DNA of 64,000 bases from the NCBI GenBank assembly GCA_036172245.1, contig JAYWIR010000001.1, positions 8,866,001 to 8,930,000 on the forward strand. Reading direction: 5' to 3'. This document shows, piece after piece, positions 38,810 through 50,603 of this stretch; the stretch's first letter is position 1, and every line of letters begins with the position of its first letter. A program made the position numbers and the translations under genes. The notes beneath the pieces were generated by a model. That model saw only the letters and a program-made list of their open reading frames with translations, was not told where the DNA came from and did not search any database. This stretch comes from Raillietiella orientalis (lineage: Eukaryota).

Positions 38810-39400
38810 AACGGAGACTCCTGGTTTCTTTCTTTCCAGGTTTGCCGAGTGCTCGGGAACCGTGCGCACCCCGGCGGCGTCGGAGCGGCTCGACGGTGTG
38901 CGCGGCCTCCTTGTTCGAGGAGCCTCCACCGCGAGGCTCCTCGAACAAGGTCACTCCACCCGAGGGAGCGTGGCCTCGTTGGAAGTAGCGAATCAGGCGT
39001 GGGGGAAACACCGAAACGACCACCACCCCAACCACGTTGAGTTGGAATGCACCGTGAATCCCTGGTCGTTCCAGAAGGAAACCTCTCCCGATTTCTTCTC
39101 CGGAGGGAGAGCTCCCACCGCGAAAGAGGGAAAACTCTCCGAAGGGAAGTCGACCTAATGAACGCGGCGTCTCTCACGAGGATCCTCGGGTAGGGGGGGA
39201 CTTCACGAAGCAAACGGGAGCGGAACCCGGAAGGTGACTGCTGGAAGGAAGTTCGACCACCGGTCCCAGCCAGTCAGCGGGATCGCCCAGTCTCTGACGC
39301 GCGCTTGCGCCTCAGTGTCCGCTTCCGGAGAAGCCTGAAGAAGGTCTCTGACCTACTCTCTCGGGACCAGGCTCGGAGGAGGAATCCTTCTCCTTCCTCC
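38810..39400 (-). repeat. Interspersed repeat family 2, copy 2
   Basis: Long colinear match to 3830-4290 in the same orientation. Confidence 0.8.
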
Positions 39401-40449
39401 TCCCATCCACCCCTTTTCTTGAAGTCTCACTCCACCTTTTCCTAGGCTGCCGCGAGTTCTCCACTCCGAGGGACTTCCCCCGTTCCGGCGCGGCGAAGGC
39501 TATGCGTCGCCCGGGGGCATCACTGCCTCCGCCACTGCGAGGCTGCCCACATCCCCATCCCGATCGGAAGTAGCCTCCCTTCCTCTCCGTAGGAAAGGCG
39601 CGGAGGCGGCGCATGGGGGCATCTGCAGGCGGTCCACGCTCTTCCGTTCCTCCCCTGGGTCCAGCGCGCCTGTAGAGAGAGGGGGGCTACCGTTCGAATG
39701 GACCCTCGGCAATTCGCCGCAGCCAAAGGCTAGCCTTTCAGGAATCATTTTCTTCCCTTTCTCCTCCCCTCCCCTCCCGAGGGCAGCCTCCGGCACAGAA
39801 AAATCTTCTATCAGCACATCCCTTTGGGCGTCCACGAGTGGTCCATGAGCTCCTAGAAGTCCCTTCCGAGACGCGTTCTCTGCGGACCCCCCGGATGCCC
39901 TCCGAGTCAGATGTTCTAGAGAAGCACTGCTGCTCCTCCGGGGAGGATGGAGGTGAGGACGCAGCCTGGACGGACCCTTCCCACCCACCGCGCCTGTGTG
40001 GGCATCGCCTTTTCCAGGGGGCGGAGGGAGATGACCGAGCGAGCAGGTGGAGTCCCCACGCGCCTCCAGGGTCCTCAGCCACCGCATCCGGCAAGCGGTG
40101 ACCAACCAGGCGACGCGACGGAGTAGCGACCTGGGATGGTCAGGAGGCGTGGTGAATCCCCGCGAGCGCTGGGAAGTGCAGCGGTTTCCCCAGGAGCTCA
40201 GCCCAGGAGCCCACTCCTCCCTGAGACCAGATGTGGTGCTTCGGGACGACCGACGTCCAGCAGCTGCTGGCGAGGGAGGAGGGGAGGGGAACGAGTACCA
40301 AGAAAGGTCATGACCCTCACTTGCCCTTCGAAAAGAGTCCCGGACACAGCGAAAGCGAGCGCCACACGGTCGCGAGGGAAGCGGGATCGGGGAGCGGTGC
40401 TTCTCGGTTACGACCTGAGCATGTGTCCAGCGTTCCAGAGAAACCTGAC

Positions 40450-41331
40450 GGATGGACGCGCGCGCCTCGGCGACCGCGCGGCACCTAGCGTCGCGGGTTC
40501 GAATCCAGCCCAGGGAAGGGTCGACGCTGACAAATGGTGGGGTACATCAGTGAGTTTCGAGTCCCCCTAGTGGGCTGACCCTAGAAGGCCTTAGTTGGCT
40601 TCGCTTGCGGCACCGGTGGAATCCGTATGGTCCGGCTGACCGGCCGAGATTGGAAGTTAACCCTCCCGGGTTCTCCCAGGAATCAAGGAGCCAGTTCTCT
40701 TCGTGATTTTCCTCCCGGTAGTGATCAAGGAGCTCCTCCCCTTCTCTCTGGTTGAGGACCCTCCATCGCGTATCACGGAGCTGACTCATTGGTGCCTCTC
40801 CAGAGTGCCGAGAAGCGCTCTGCTTCCTTCGGAGTGCATTCTTCCGAGAAACTGGGAAGCGTCCCTTCGGGTCCTCTTCAGAATGGCACCAATAAGGAGC
40901 GGTTCCCTCCGTAAAAGACATTCCAGTAGAGGATCCTTTGCAGCGGGTCCCTCCGGAGAGAATGAGGAAGAGGTGGTTCCCTCCGGGGATCCCTCCCCAA
41001 GCGTGAAAGGAAAGGCCTCCTTCCTCCGGAGCCTTCCTGGTTTCGTAAGATGGTCCCCATGGGGTTAACCCCACCAACTTGAAGAGTAATTCTCACCCTC
41101 AGGTAGCGTGGACGGTGCTTGAAGAGTTACATGGGACCCCCCCCTCCAAGTGGGCTTCAGCACTTCAGCAGCGAATCAAAACCAAGAAAACCTGGAAGGA
41201 AAGCAGAGTAACCTGGAAGGAACCTTAAAGGATCCTCATGGTCCTTGATTTTCACCCAGTCATGCCAGGGTGTTCATTGTAAAAAAAAAAAAAAAAAAAA
41301 AAAAAAGTATATTTAAAAAAAAAAAAAAAAA
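40450..41331 (+). mobile_element. tRNA-headed SINE-like family 1 copy ending in poly(A)
   Basis: B-boxes gggttcgaatcc (~40495) and gagtttcgagtcc (~40552), core ttcctccggagccttcctgg (41021-41040), and a long A-tract at 41281-41331. Confidence 0.78.
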
Positions 41332-41699
41332 TGTCTTCGTGGTGGCTTCACATCATCACTACGGAGGGAGATGCCTCGGGGCACTGCTTTCCGTGAGCAC
41401 CTCCCCGATGAGGTCTGCACAGGAGAAGGGGGGAGGAAAGGGGTAGACAAAAACAAAAAAACACGTGCGCGCGCAAAGATTCAGGAGAAAAAAAAGAAAT
41501 GGGGAGAGGGAGGGAGGAAAGGGTCACGGATTTCTTCCTGGCGTCCTCAGTATCCTTTGGAGGATCTTGGCAACTCCTTCTGCTGGAAGGGATGCGACCA
41601 TCTTGTCGCCTTCCCACGAAGGAGGCACACGATTGGGATGACCTCGCTGTCCGACTAGCCTCTTTCGGCACGGCTTCTCGCCGTCACGGTCCTACGGAG

Positions 41700-42030
41700 G
41701 CATAACGGAACTGCAAGTTAAGCCGCAGACGGCGACGTCGAGTAGCTCGCGAAGAGGTGCCGCAAAACTTCCCCCACCCCTTGCCGTCGTCCATCGGGAG
41801 TGGGAGGGCCGCAGCGACGCGTTTCAGACACCCAGGAGAGCAGCAACACAATCCAGCAACAGGTGCGGGGAGGTTTTCCGTCCCCGCATCCGACAGTCTG
41901 AGGTCGCAGCTCCCTGTCGTTCAGGAGTGGACTCTCTCGTTTCATGGGACCATCCGGTGCAGCAACTGCAATGCTAAGGTCCTTCCAGACACCCGCGCGA
42001 GCTGGGCCTGCGTGTCCGTGCGCTCGCGGG
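41700..42030 (-). mobile_element. L1/Tx1 ORF2 C-terminal fragment
   Basis: LALQLLHRMVP*NERVH and PHLLLDC match the same region in the other copies. Confidence 0.55.
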
Positions 42031-43004
42031 CGGAGTCACCCGGAGGGCGAGTGGGAGCTGTCCTCCGGACGGCTGCGTGGGCAGTGCACATTCTTCCCCC
42101 CTCCCCACCATCCTCCATAGGGACCGAACTCCGTCTACCTGTCTCTCTTCCAGGGGGCGCTTTGGACGCGAGCGTTCGGCGCGGCATTCCTGGGAGCCGC
42201 GGGTGGGGTGGGTTGGAGGGCGCTAGAGGAGGAAAGGCGGCTGGGTACGTTAAGTATCCATGCATGGATACGCGAGTGAGGAGGTACATGAATACTTGTA
42301 CATCAATGCACACGTATTCAACCATCTCCCCTGCACCTTGTCATAAGCGTGCGCTCCTTTATTTGTATGGTCTTCCGGGATATCGCTGTTGGCTATTTCG
42401 ATCCCCCTCCGCCGATCCCAAAGACCTCCTGTGCTGCTCGGAAACGGACCGTCTCTTCTCCGAGGCTACGGCGCCGGGAGTTGTCCGTCCCCACTCGCGA
42501 TGCGCACTGCCCGCAGGGCGAGGATCCCTCTCTGCGCAGAGAGGGCAGCCCCCCTTTTTCTTTCCGTTCGTCTCGGCTCCGAATACGGGCCGTTCCCGGA
42601 GCGACCCCCCGAGGCACTTTCCAGCGGACTGAACGTTCCGCCGTCCACGGAATCTCGCCCCCGGGCGTTCCGCCCCGAACCTGCCCGTTCCCCGCGTTGC
42701 TTAGCAACACACATGGGACGTCTCCTCTGACGATCCGATTCCTTGCACCCTCGCTAGGCGGCTTCAGACGCGGGTGGCATTCGTCATGGAGGGCAGCGCG
42801 GCACCCTCTTCTCAGGAGGAGATCAGGCTCAGCGAGCCGAGGCGCCGCATGCCACTGACTCTCTCCTCGATCGCAACCTGCCATCTTCCACCGGTCAGGG
42901 TCGCTTCCCGACGGGGTCAAACTCCCCGAACGTTTTTGGTACGTGCTCAAAGACGGCTTTTGCACAACCACCCCTGAGGCGGCTTCGTTAGTCGGTTCAT
43001 CCCG

Positions 43005-43655
43005 CGGATGGTGATCTATATCTGGCAAGGGCGAAGCCTGAGGGGGGACTCTCATGGAGCTCCTCAGAGCTCTCACCGTGAAAATTGGCATTAGTGCTTG
43101 GTGTAGGGGCGGAAGACACGAATCGAACCATCAGGTAGCTGCTGGTCCCTTCCAAAGTTTCCTTCAGGTTAGCTGGCGCTCGCAGGAGCGGAAGGAAAAC
43201 ACGGGGTTGCATCCACATGGTAAAGCGAATGGTTCACGAATAGCCTTGGGGCTTAAATGACCTCGACTCATTCTCAGACTTGAAATGGGGCGAGAAGTCC
43301 GGCTTGCTTGAAAGACGAAGCTCGGACTGCCGGATCCATGAGCGCCCAGTGGACCCAATTTGGTGAGCAGAGAGGGCGCCAAACGCCGGGTTGCGGCGTC
43401 CGATGCGCCACGCTCACCAGATCCCATTGAAGATGTTGGTTGCTATGGACAGAGAGTCGATGGCCATGGAAGTTGGAATCCTCTAAGGAGCGTGTAACAA
43501 CTCACCTGCCGAAGCAATCGGTCCTGAAAATGGGTGGCACCCAAGCGTCGAGCTTATTCCCAGACAGGGTGTATGCTCAATGCAGGTAGCCGCTCTACGA
43601 ATCCTGAATCCAAAGCGGTAAGGAGGCGTCCGTCGGTGTCCTCCGAAGCACCCAG
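43005..43655 (+). pseudogene. Diverged 28S rRNA gene fragment
   Basis: Colinear with conserved LSU core segments recalled from eukaryotic 28S: gatggtgatctat..ggcgaagcc, taggggcggaagac..aatcgaaccatc, ggtaaagcgaatg, and tggccatggaagttggaatcctctaaggagcgtgtaacaactcacctgccgaagcaa..cctgaaaatgg. Many substitutions and deletions; no other rDNA nearby. Confidence 0.88.
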
Positions 43656-44279
43656 AGACGGCTGGTTTCTGCAACAGCGAGTCCCCTGGGGATCTTCCCA
43701 TGTGGGAGGGCCTCTCCATTCACCAGGACACCTTGTGCGTCGAACGAACGAGAGATGCTGCCTCTGGATGGAGGAATAAGCCGCTTTCCCAGGCGGAGGA
43801 ACCAGGGATCTTAATCTGGAGCGCAAGCGCGGCCGGTCGGCAGCAACGTCTTTGGTCTCAACGTGGATCCTCACCGCCTCACGGAGCAACCCATTCCCGG
43901 AAGCGTTCTCTCTATCCGAGCTCTGGAATCCGAACCCCAGTTGACGGCCAAGCTTCTTTTTGGATGCCCTGCGAGAAACTGCGCCTCAGGGATCACGGAA
44001 ACTCCTTGCAGGTTGGCTCGCTGACGCAGCAATCTCAAGTATGCACCCTTTGGGCAAAACACACAGGTCTCCTGAGAGACTCCGAGTTGCCCACGTCATT
44101 CAGGCACACCCGTGCGTCCCACAGGGCGATGGGTCGCGGCATGGTTGCCTCTGCATGGGGTCGCTCCTGCCAGTCCCGCTGGCACCACCGCCACTCGGTG
44201 ACTCCGGTGCGTTTCTCGCCCAAAGAGCGAAAGAAGCTGTCAAAGAGGTGCGTCCATCATGCGGGATGATAATGCAAAC

Positions 44280-45029
44280 CTTTAGGGTTCTTCTTCTTTT
44301 GCTGCTTGCCTTCCAGCTATTTTCTCTTTTTTGGTCCGCAAAGTGCTGAAGAACCGTTTGCCTCCTTGAGGGGGCTTACGAAGCTCTTCGAGCATCGTCC
44401 ACGCCACCCGAGGGTGAGCGTAACTCATCAAGTTATATGGGTCACCCCAGAGGGACCAACCTACGAATCCAGGAAGGCTCCGGAGGAAGGAGTCCGTTCC
44501 TGTTACGCCTGGAAGGGAGCTTCGAAAGGAACCCTCGTCCTGGTTGTCTTTGAAGAGGTTTACGGGGGGATCACTCCTTATTTCTTCTCCAGAAAAGAAC
44601 TGCTCCTTCTTTCCTCTTCTGAAGAGAACCATGAAGGGACGCTTCCCCATTTTTTTGAAGGGTCGCTCTTCGAAAGAAGCAGCGCGCTTCCCACTCTAGA
44701 GAGGCAACTCCCGAGGGGAGTATCAACCAGAGCCATGGTACGCGATGGAGGTGTCTCCGAGGAGGGGAGGCGGTTCCATTTTCACAATTTGAGGGGAACC
44801 GCTTCTTGATTCCTGGAAGGACCCTGGCCACTCAACGGGGGCATCCGGGGTTTCCGGCTTCCCCAGTGATGCACCCGAATGGTCCAATCAGGGTCGTCCA
44901 GCGGGGAGGACTCGAAACCTACGACTCACTCCCCGTTCTCGACGTCGGCCTTTCCCCGGGCGGGTTTCGAACCTGCGGCGCTCGGTGTCCACGCGCTCAG
45001 ACTGCAGCCACACGGTCGGCAATGCGGGC
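44280..45029 (-). mobile_element. tRNA-headed SINE-like family 1 copy
   Basis: Minus strand head gcccgcattgccgaccgtgtgg, B-boxes aggttcgaaaccc and ggtttcgagtcc, and core ttcctccggagccttcctgg (~44469-44488). Confidence 0.75.
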
Positions 45030-46429
45030 AATCCTTTCCGAGTCCAAAAAAGAGGGTGCAACAATACATAAACAGGCGAATAAGGGAAAGAGGGGAGGGA
45101 TCCCAGTTTGCACCCGTCACGCCCTCTGCAGGCTGCTTGGGCAATGAGGGCGGCATCCTCTTTCACTCGCTCTTCCGGATGAGATCATCTCGACCCGCTC
45201 CCCATCGCCGACGAGACCAGGCTTACGGCCTCCGGTCCAGAGAAGGGTCACACCGGCTGCCCAATGCCCGTCCTCTGCTCGTGAAGCAGCGCCGCAGCAG
45301 CTCCTGCGGAGTACCCCCTGGTGGAGAAGGATGGAGGCAACTCCAGTGAGGAACTCTGTCTGGGAACGTCCACCTGCTTCCCGCCACCTCTCCTGGCGCA
45401 ACCGCAGGGAAGAGCTCTCCCTCACCCAGCGATGAGCCGGCGCTGATTGCGCGGGAAGCCCCGACGCACGAGACGTGTGCTCAACCTGTGCTCACCTGGC
45501 GGAGAGCACGGAGCTGTCCATCAGTGGAAGAGTGATCAGATCCGAGGATGTGACAGTCCCAGGGAACAACCCTTCTCCGCGGGCACTGGATGTCGTCTCG
45601 TCGGCCGGCGGACTCACCCACCGCTCGCTGAGGAGCTCCGTATACGCTGCTGCCACGGAACACAAGGTCATCCACCCTTCCATTTTCTCTCCCGCTGGAA
45701 GGGCAGCGCTGCGGTTAGTGGGATGAGGAGGGATGACTGCGGCCCACCAACGTCCTCTGGTCCTGTCTCGCTTCCCCCAAGGAGACTGCTCCCAGGTCGC
45801 GGATGGGACGAATCCAAGAGAGGTCGTTGCTTGTGATGCGCACCCGGGCGCCTCCTGCCGCAACGCATTGTGGTCTGCTGGATGACAGGGGATCTACTGG
45901 GGTTTCTCCCAGGTAAGCGGATTTTCTTGTTCGCCTCTCTTCGTTTCGTCGACCGTCCCATCCGGAGTCTGAATTCTTGACGGCCGCGAGTCCGTGGATG
46001 CCACTCCAGCGCGGCGTTCTGTTCGCTACAGGCCCGTCCTTCAGCGCCAATCGTAAATCTGTGCGAGTTTAAGCGGGATAAAAAACATACACACACACAT
46101 TCACACACTGAAGGTTAACTGGCATTCATGTTTCTAGGGAACTCTGCGTCGCGGCAGTGTCCATCGAGATCCCGAACGACATAATCCCAAGCGATTAACG
46201 TCCGCAAAGGTCTTAAAAACAAATACGTTTGTTCATTATATATGGATTAATATAAATTTATATAGAGATTGGTGTATGGATTAATATGTATTCAAAAGAT
46301 AAAAAAAATAAATTATATGTATGTTGATATATATGATAACATATAAATTAAGGCAATCTTTTTAACATAGATATTTATTAATATTCGTTAACATATTATT
46401 AATTCGCATTCGCTCCTTCAGATGGTTCG

Positions 46430-47860
46430 AGGCATTATGCACCGAGGCCGTACTCACTTGGCTGTGCTTCCTTACACCCTGGGGCAGCACAGGCAAGCGG
46501 TCCTAGAAATACTAGCAAGAACAAGTTGCCCCTTCTGCTCAGTTTGACCGCACCACTAAGGATTTGGGGGAAAGCGGCCGGCTTGAGAACACTCCTTACA
46601 GACCCATCCAAGCACCAGCTTCCGGAGAAAGTAATCATCATCTTAGACTCCGAGTTGTCTCCATGGAAGAAAATAGATGCCATGAGAACTTTCTACCTCC
46701 CCAGTCTGATGCATTACTAGAGACTCGAAGTGCTTAAGAAGACGGGTTGGGTCTTCATCGGCGCCAACATCGGGAAAAATATCCAAACTTGTCTGGAAGG
46801 GCAGCCGAACAAACGCTAACCGGACAAGAGGGTGCCCTGGTCCTCCTGACCTTGAGACGAAGGTAGAAACTTTATTGTTAACGACTGTTTTGAGCCGTTA
46901 ACATCTCCGGATCCAGCATTGAAGAATTGAGACAGTAGCACCCGAAGGTAGTGATAAAAAAGAAAATTCGAACCTCTCCAATGAATGGTGATTTAGCAAG
47001 ATTCATATTGGGATCGATTACTGGACAATTCGCCCGTCCCAGAGGTGATGCACGGAGTGTATGGTCAGCAGCAAAGCAAGCCTCCAGCCGACTAAGGACC
47101 AGCCTTAGAAGGTGGAGAGTGCAGGATCTCCTGAATTGTAGCAGGTCCATAAGGAAGCTTGCAGGTGCCTTGAGCGCTTTCCAACGCGGAGGAGCACATT
47201 TCCAACCGATGGGAAAGCGTCTGAACCTAGGCAAAGTCGTGTTCTGCGTTGATCATCACCATGTTTTCAGTCAATTGCTTTCAGATGTGGTTTTGAGACT
47301 GCCTCTTCATGGACGTGGCTCTATGAAATCTAATGCCAATGTAACCTACATCCATGAGAAGCGGTGTTGGCTTCTTGTGTAGGAGGTGTTCGGTTTGGCA
47401 AGAGTCCCGTGTACACCTTGTCAGCCACGACGCGTACAACACCCACGCTATCAGTCATCGCCATGATGAGTCAGTAAAAAAAACAAAAAGTATGGTGACG
47501 GAAGGAGGCTGGTTGCAACGTTCAGTCAACCAATCGCCACAACAGATTCAAACTCCGATCCGATCTGGTATCGCAAAGGGACGAACCGATTGATCCTACT
47601 TGATGTAGACTGCTCGTTAGAAGGCATCTCAGCGGCCCTAGGAGACCTTGAGAAAAGAAAGAAAAGTAAACACTGGAATTTGCTCAGCACTTTTCTTCTA
47701 TAGGAATACGCATTTCCCTACACGCCATCGTCTTGGTGCGTAGTACCTAGGCAACGATAAGGTGCTGAAAGAACTCAAAACTCAAACGGAGGCAAGAACT
47801 TCAGGAATCCCATCCCATTCCTGAATAACATCCAACAGCCCTGGGAAATGTACTGAAGTC
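46430..47860 (+). mobile_element. Decayed non-LTR retrotransposon of the restriction-like-endonuclease type (NeSL/Utopia-like), 3' half
   Basis: CASLH; ILDSELSPWKKIDAMRTFYLPSL (cf. SxLxPWQKxDA); GDARSVWSAAKQASSRL; knuckle CRRCSVWQESRVHLVSH..AISHRHD; PD-like endonuclease remnant near 47555-47610. Frameshifted. Confidence 0.75.
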
Positions 47861-50568
47861 ATCGGATAAGCTACCGCATGTGAGAAACAGGACAGGAAAT
47901 TCTGGACTGCCACTACTAGAAGAGCAAGTTTGTGGAAACTGTGGAAAATCTACTTCCATCTTTCTGTTTACCCTTCAAGAGGGATTTTTCAATGAACATT
48001 ACTGCTACGAAAATAAAAAAAAGCCTGCTATGATGAAAAAGTCTCTCCTGTCCTGTCGGTTGGCAGCTGCTATTGCATTTCCCTAGAGACGACAGCACTG
48101 CACCAAGGCCATGGCAGAGGCTTGGTGAATGTTTGTGAGAATGCTGGTCTCTTACATTTAATGAACGAGAAATCGGAGTTTGGCTTTCTCTATGTCGGAA
48201 AAGTCTAGTCTCTTCCCACAGATCAAGAACAACTCTGTGTCCAGTGATTAACTAATGTTTTAGTAATGTCTGTGGTAACTAAACGTGGGAATTTCATTGA
48301 GAAGTCACTGTCATCAATGTGAGCAGTTGTTTTATCTGAATTACAGGCAGAATATAATCAGAATATCTCATTATTCCTATCATAGGTGAAGAGATGAAGT
48401 TGTAAAAGTAAAACTTGAAGCTTCCTCGGAATTATAGAGATGAAGTTCTTTCTGGATGTTGAAGGCAATCCATTCCCCTGATGGAAAAACAGGATCGCAA
48501 AAGCAATCCTTTTTTTATATTTTAAAAGTTTACCTTAGTAAATAGCATTAGCATCTACTAAGGTTTCTAGTAGATAGCATTTCTAGTAGATATGACCGAT
48601 TTAGCATATTATAAAACCTCAAGATTTCATGCAGCTGATGGATCAATGGGACATCATCCCTTTTCAAACACAGCTTAAACTGTAAGAAAACCCAGTCACT
48701 ATTAAGAAACTGGGTTTTCTTAATAAAGACACCACATTTCCCTAGCTACAATCTATGAACCCAGAATCTCGTGTGAAATATCGGGAGACATCTCAGCAGC
48801 TGATGGAAAATTGGAAAACGGGTTTGGAGTTTATGTTCCACTCCATGCTCTGTATAAACAGAAATAGCTCCTTCAAATCTTCAGTTTTCACAAGCCAAGG
48901 ATTTCCTGGTTCTGAATCCGATTCGCTTCCACCAACCATCTTTTTCCAAGACCTATCTTTTTACAGGAAAGCATCTTTCTGATGAAATGAAATGCCTAGG
49001 AATTCATGCTTTGTTCGAAACGACATGCGAATTTTCTCGAAATGGTACAGCAAGGGGTGAAAAAAGGAGTGGACTCTCACAAATCAAAATCTTCACCATC
49101 AAGCCGACAGTTCACAACCCTGTCTTGATATAAACAAATAGAAAAATCTCAGTGAGATGCATTTCTAACACAGCCAATGATGGAATAAATTAATAAAAGT
49201 TAATGTCTTATATCATTTTGTTTAATTAGTTTTTGATTGGCGTATACAGAACAGGGTAAGATGCATAGTGTCATAAACACTCCTAAGAGATCTTATTTTT
49301 ATTTTTTTTTATTCGGTACCATCAGACATTTTCACTATTATAAGATTTAATATTATATTTAGGTTTAAATGGTATCTTTAATCTATTCGAGGAAACAATT
49401 GTGAATAACAGCATTTTCATTATAAATCGGAAAATTTGATCGATTGGGAAAGAACTAATGGCCAAGATTTTACTTAAAGTTGTAATCTTTCCCCTTCCCG
49501 CCTATAATTGTTTTGCTTCATGTTTTATGCATGTAATTGTTGTTTTACAAAAGCAACTTAGTTTTGTAACTCCTTTTATTCATTTTCCATCGAGTCCACT
49601 GCCAGCCCTAGCAACTGATAGATAGGCTGCTAAAAGTAGAGCGCATTCTCGTAAGGTAAAGAACAAAAAACGCAGGAAATTAAAAAATTTGACTTTCATA
49701 CATCTTAAGTTCAAGAAATTGGGATCCATTTTGTACAAAAATGTGAGGCCAGCACCATTTGAAACAGCATGCAGCCCATTGCATCAAAAAGTTCCCCAAG
49801 GCAATCCTAGAATCACTTTACTTTGGCTTACTACTTAGTAAATGTCAATCATTTAATACTATTTCTTTGAAGTAACTTCTTCCTTGCAGAGAAAATGATT
49901 CCTTTGGCATAAACGACTGTAATACTAAAGCATAAGTTGGTGCTTGCTCAAGAGCCAGATGTACAAGTTTGCATGTCCTGCAATGACTACATAGCTTAAC
50001 TCTAATGGGCTACTGAACCACTTTCATGGAAGGCTGCAGTCACGAGACCGTTATGAAATCTGCATCTAAATCAAGGTCTTTTTAATGGAAGATTAGAACA
50101 CGCCCTTCAATAACAAATGCTGAAATTATGCCCAGCAGATTTTAAGGATAATGTTAGAATAGCACTGGGTCCACAGGAATATAACTCTGTCTTTGGGACT
50201 AGGCTCCCAGGTCTCCACATTACACATATATACACAAATTTAAAGGCCATACTTTGGAGAAACATATGCTTTGTTTCTACATCACTTTATCAGACAAGTT
50301 TCCTGTTAATAAGCCTCTCTGCAAAAACTACAAACCTGTTTACAGAAGTACTGATACAATAAAAGTATGTTGACAGCACATGAGATCATTGGTTATGATG
50401 ACAATCTCACACACACAAAAGTAAATAATATCTTCTTGATACAACTGTTTGCTATCTTTGATCACATTGGCGAATTTTCACAAGTTTTTCAGTAAATATT
50501 AGTAGGGTATTTAAAACGTCACAACATTGATTAAGAAATTGAATGGAAAATTATGGGAAATTAGGAGA

Positions 50569-50603
50569 ATGCTTTTTGGCCTTTTGGCTAAGATCAAAGT
50601 GTA
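50569..50603 (+). pseudogene. U2 snRNA 5'-end fragment (3'-truncated pseudogene)
   Basis: atgctttttggccttttggctaagatcaaagtgta versus the U2 5' end ATCGCTTCTCGGCCTTTTGGCTAAGATCAAAGTGTAG. Similarity stops at the branch-point-pairing region. Confidence 0.85.

Noticed and set aside
48200..50400. Possible gene or pseudogene between the Utopia-like relic and unc-76
   Set aside because: Only short, stop-interrupted frames with no confident motif or consistent splice path.
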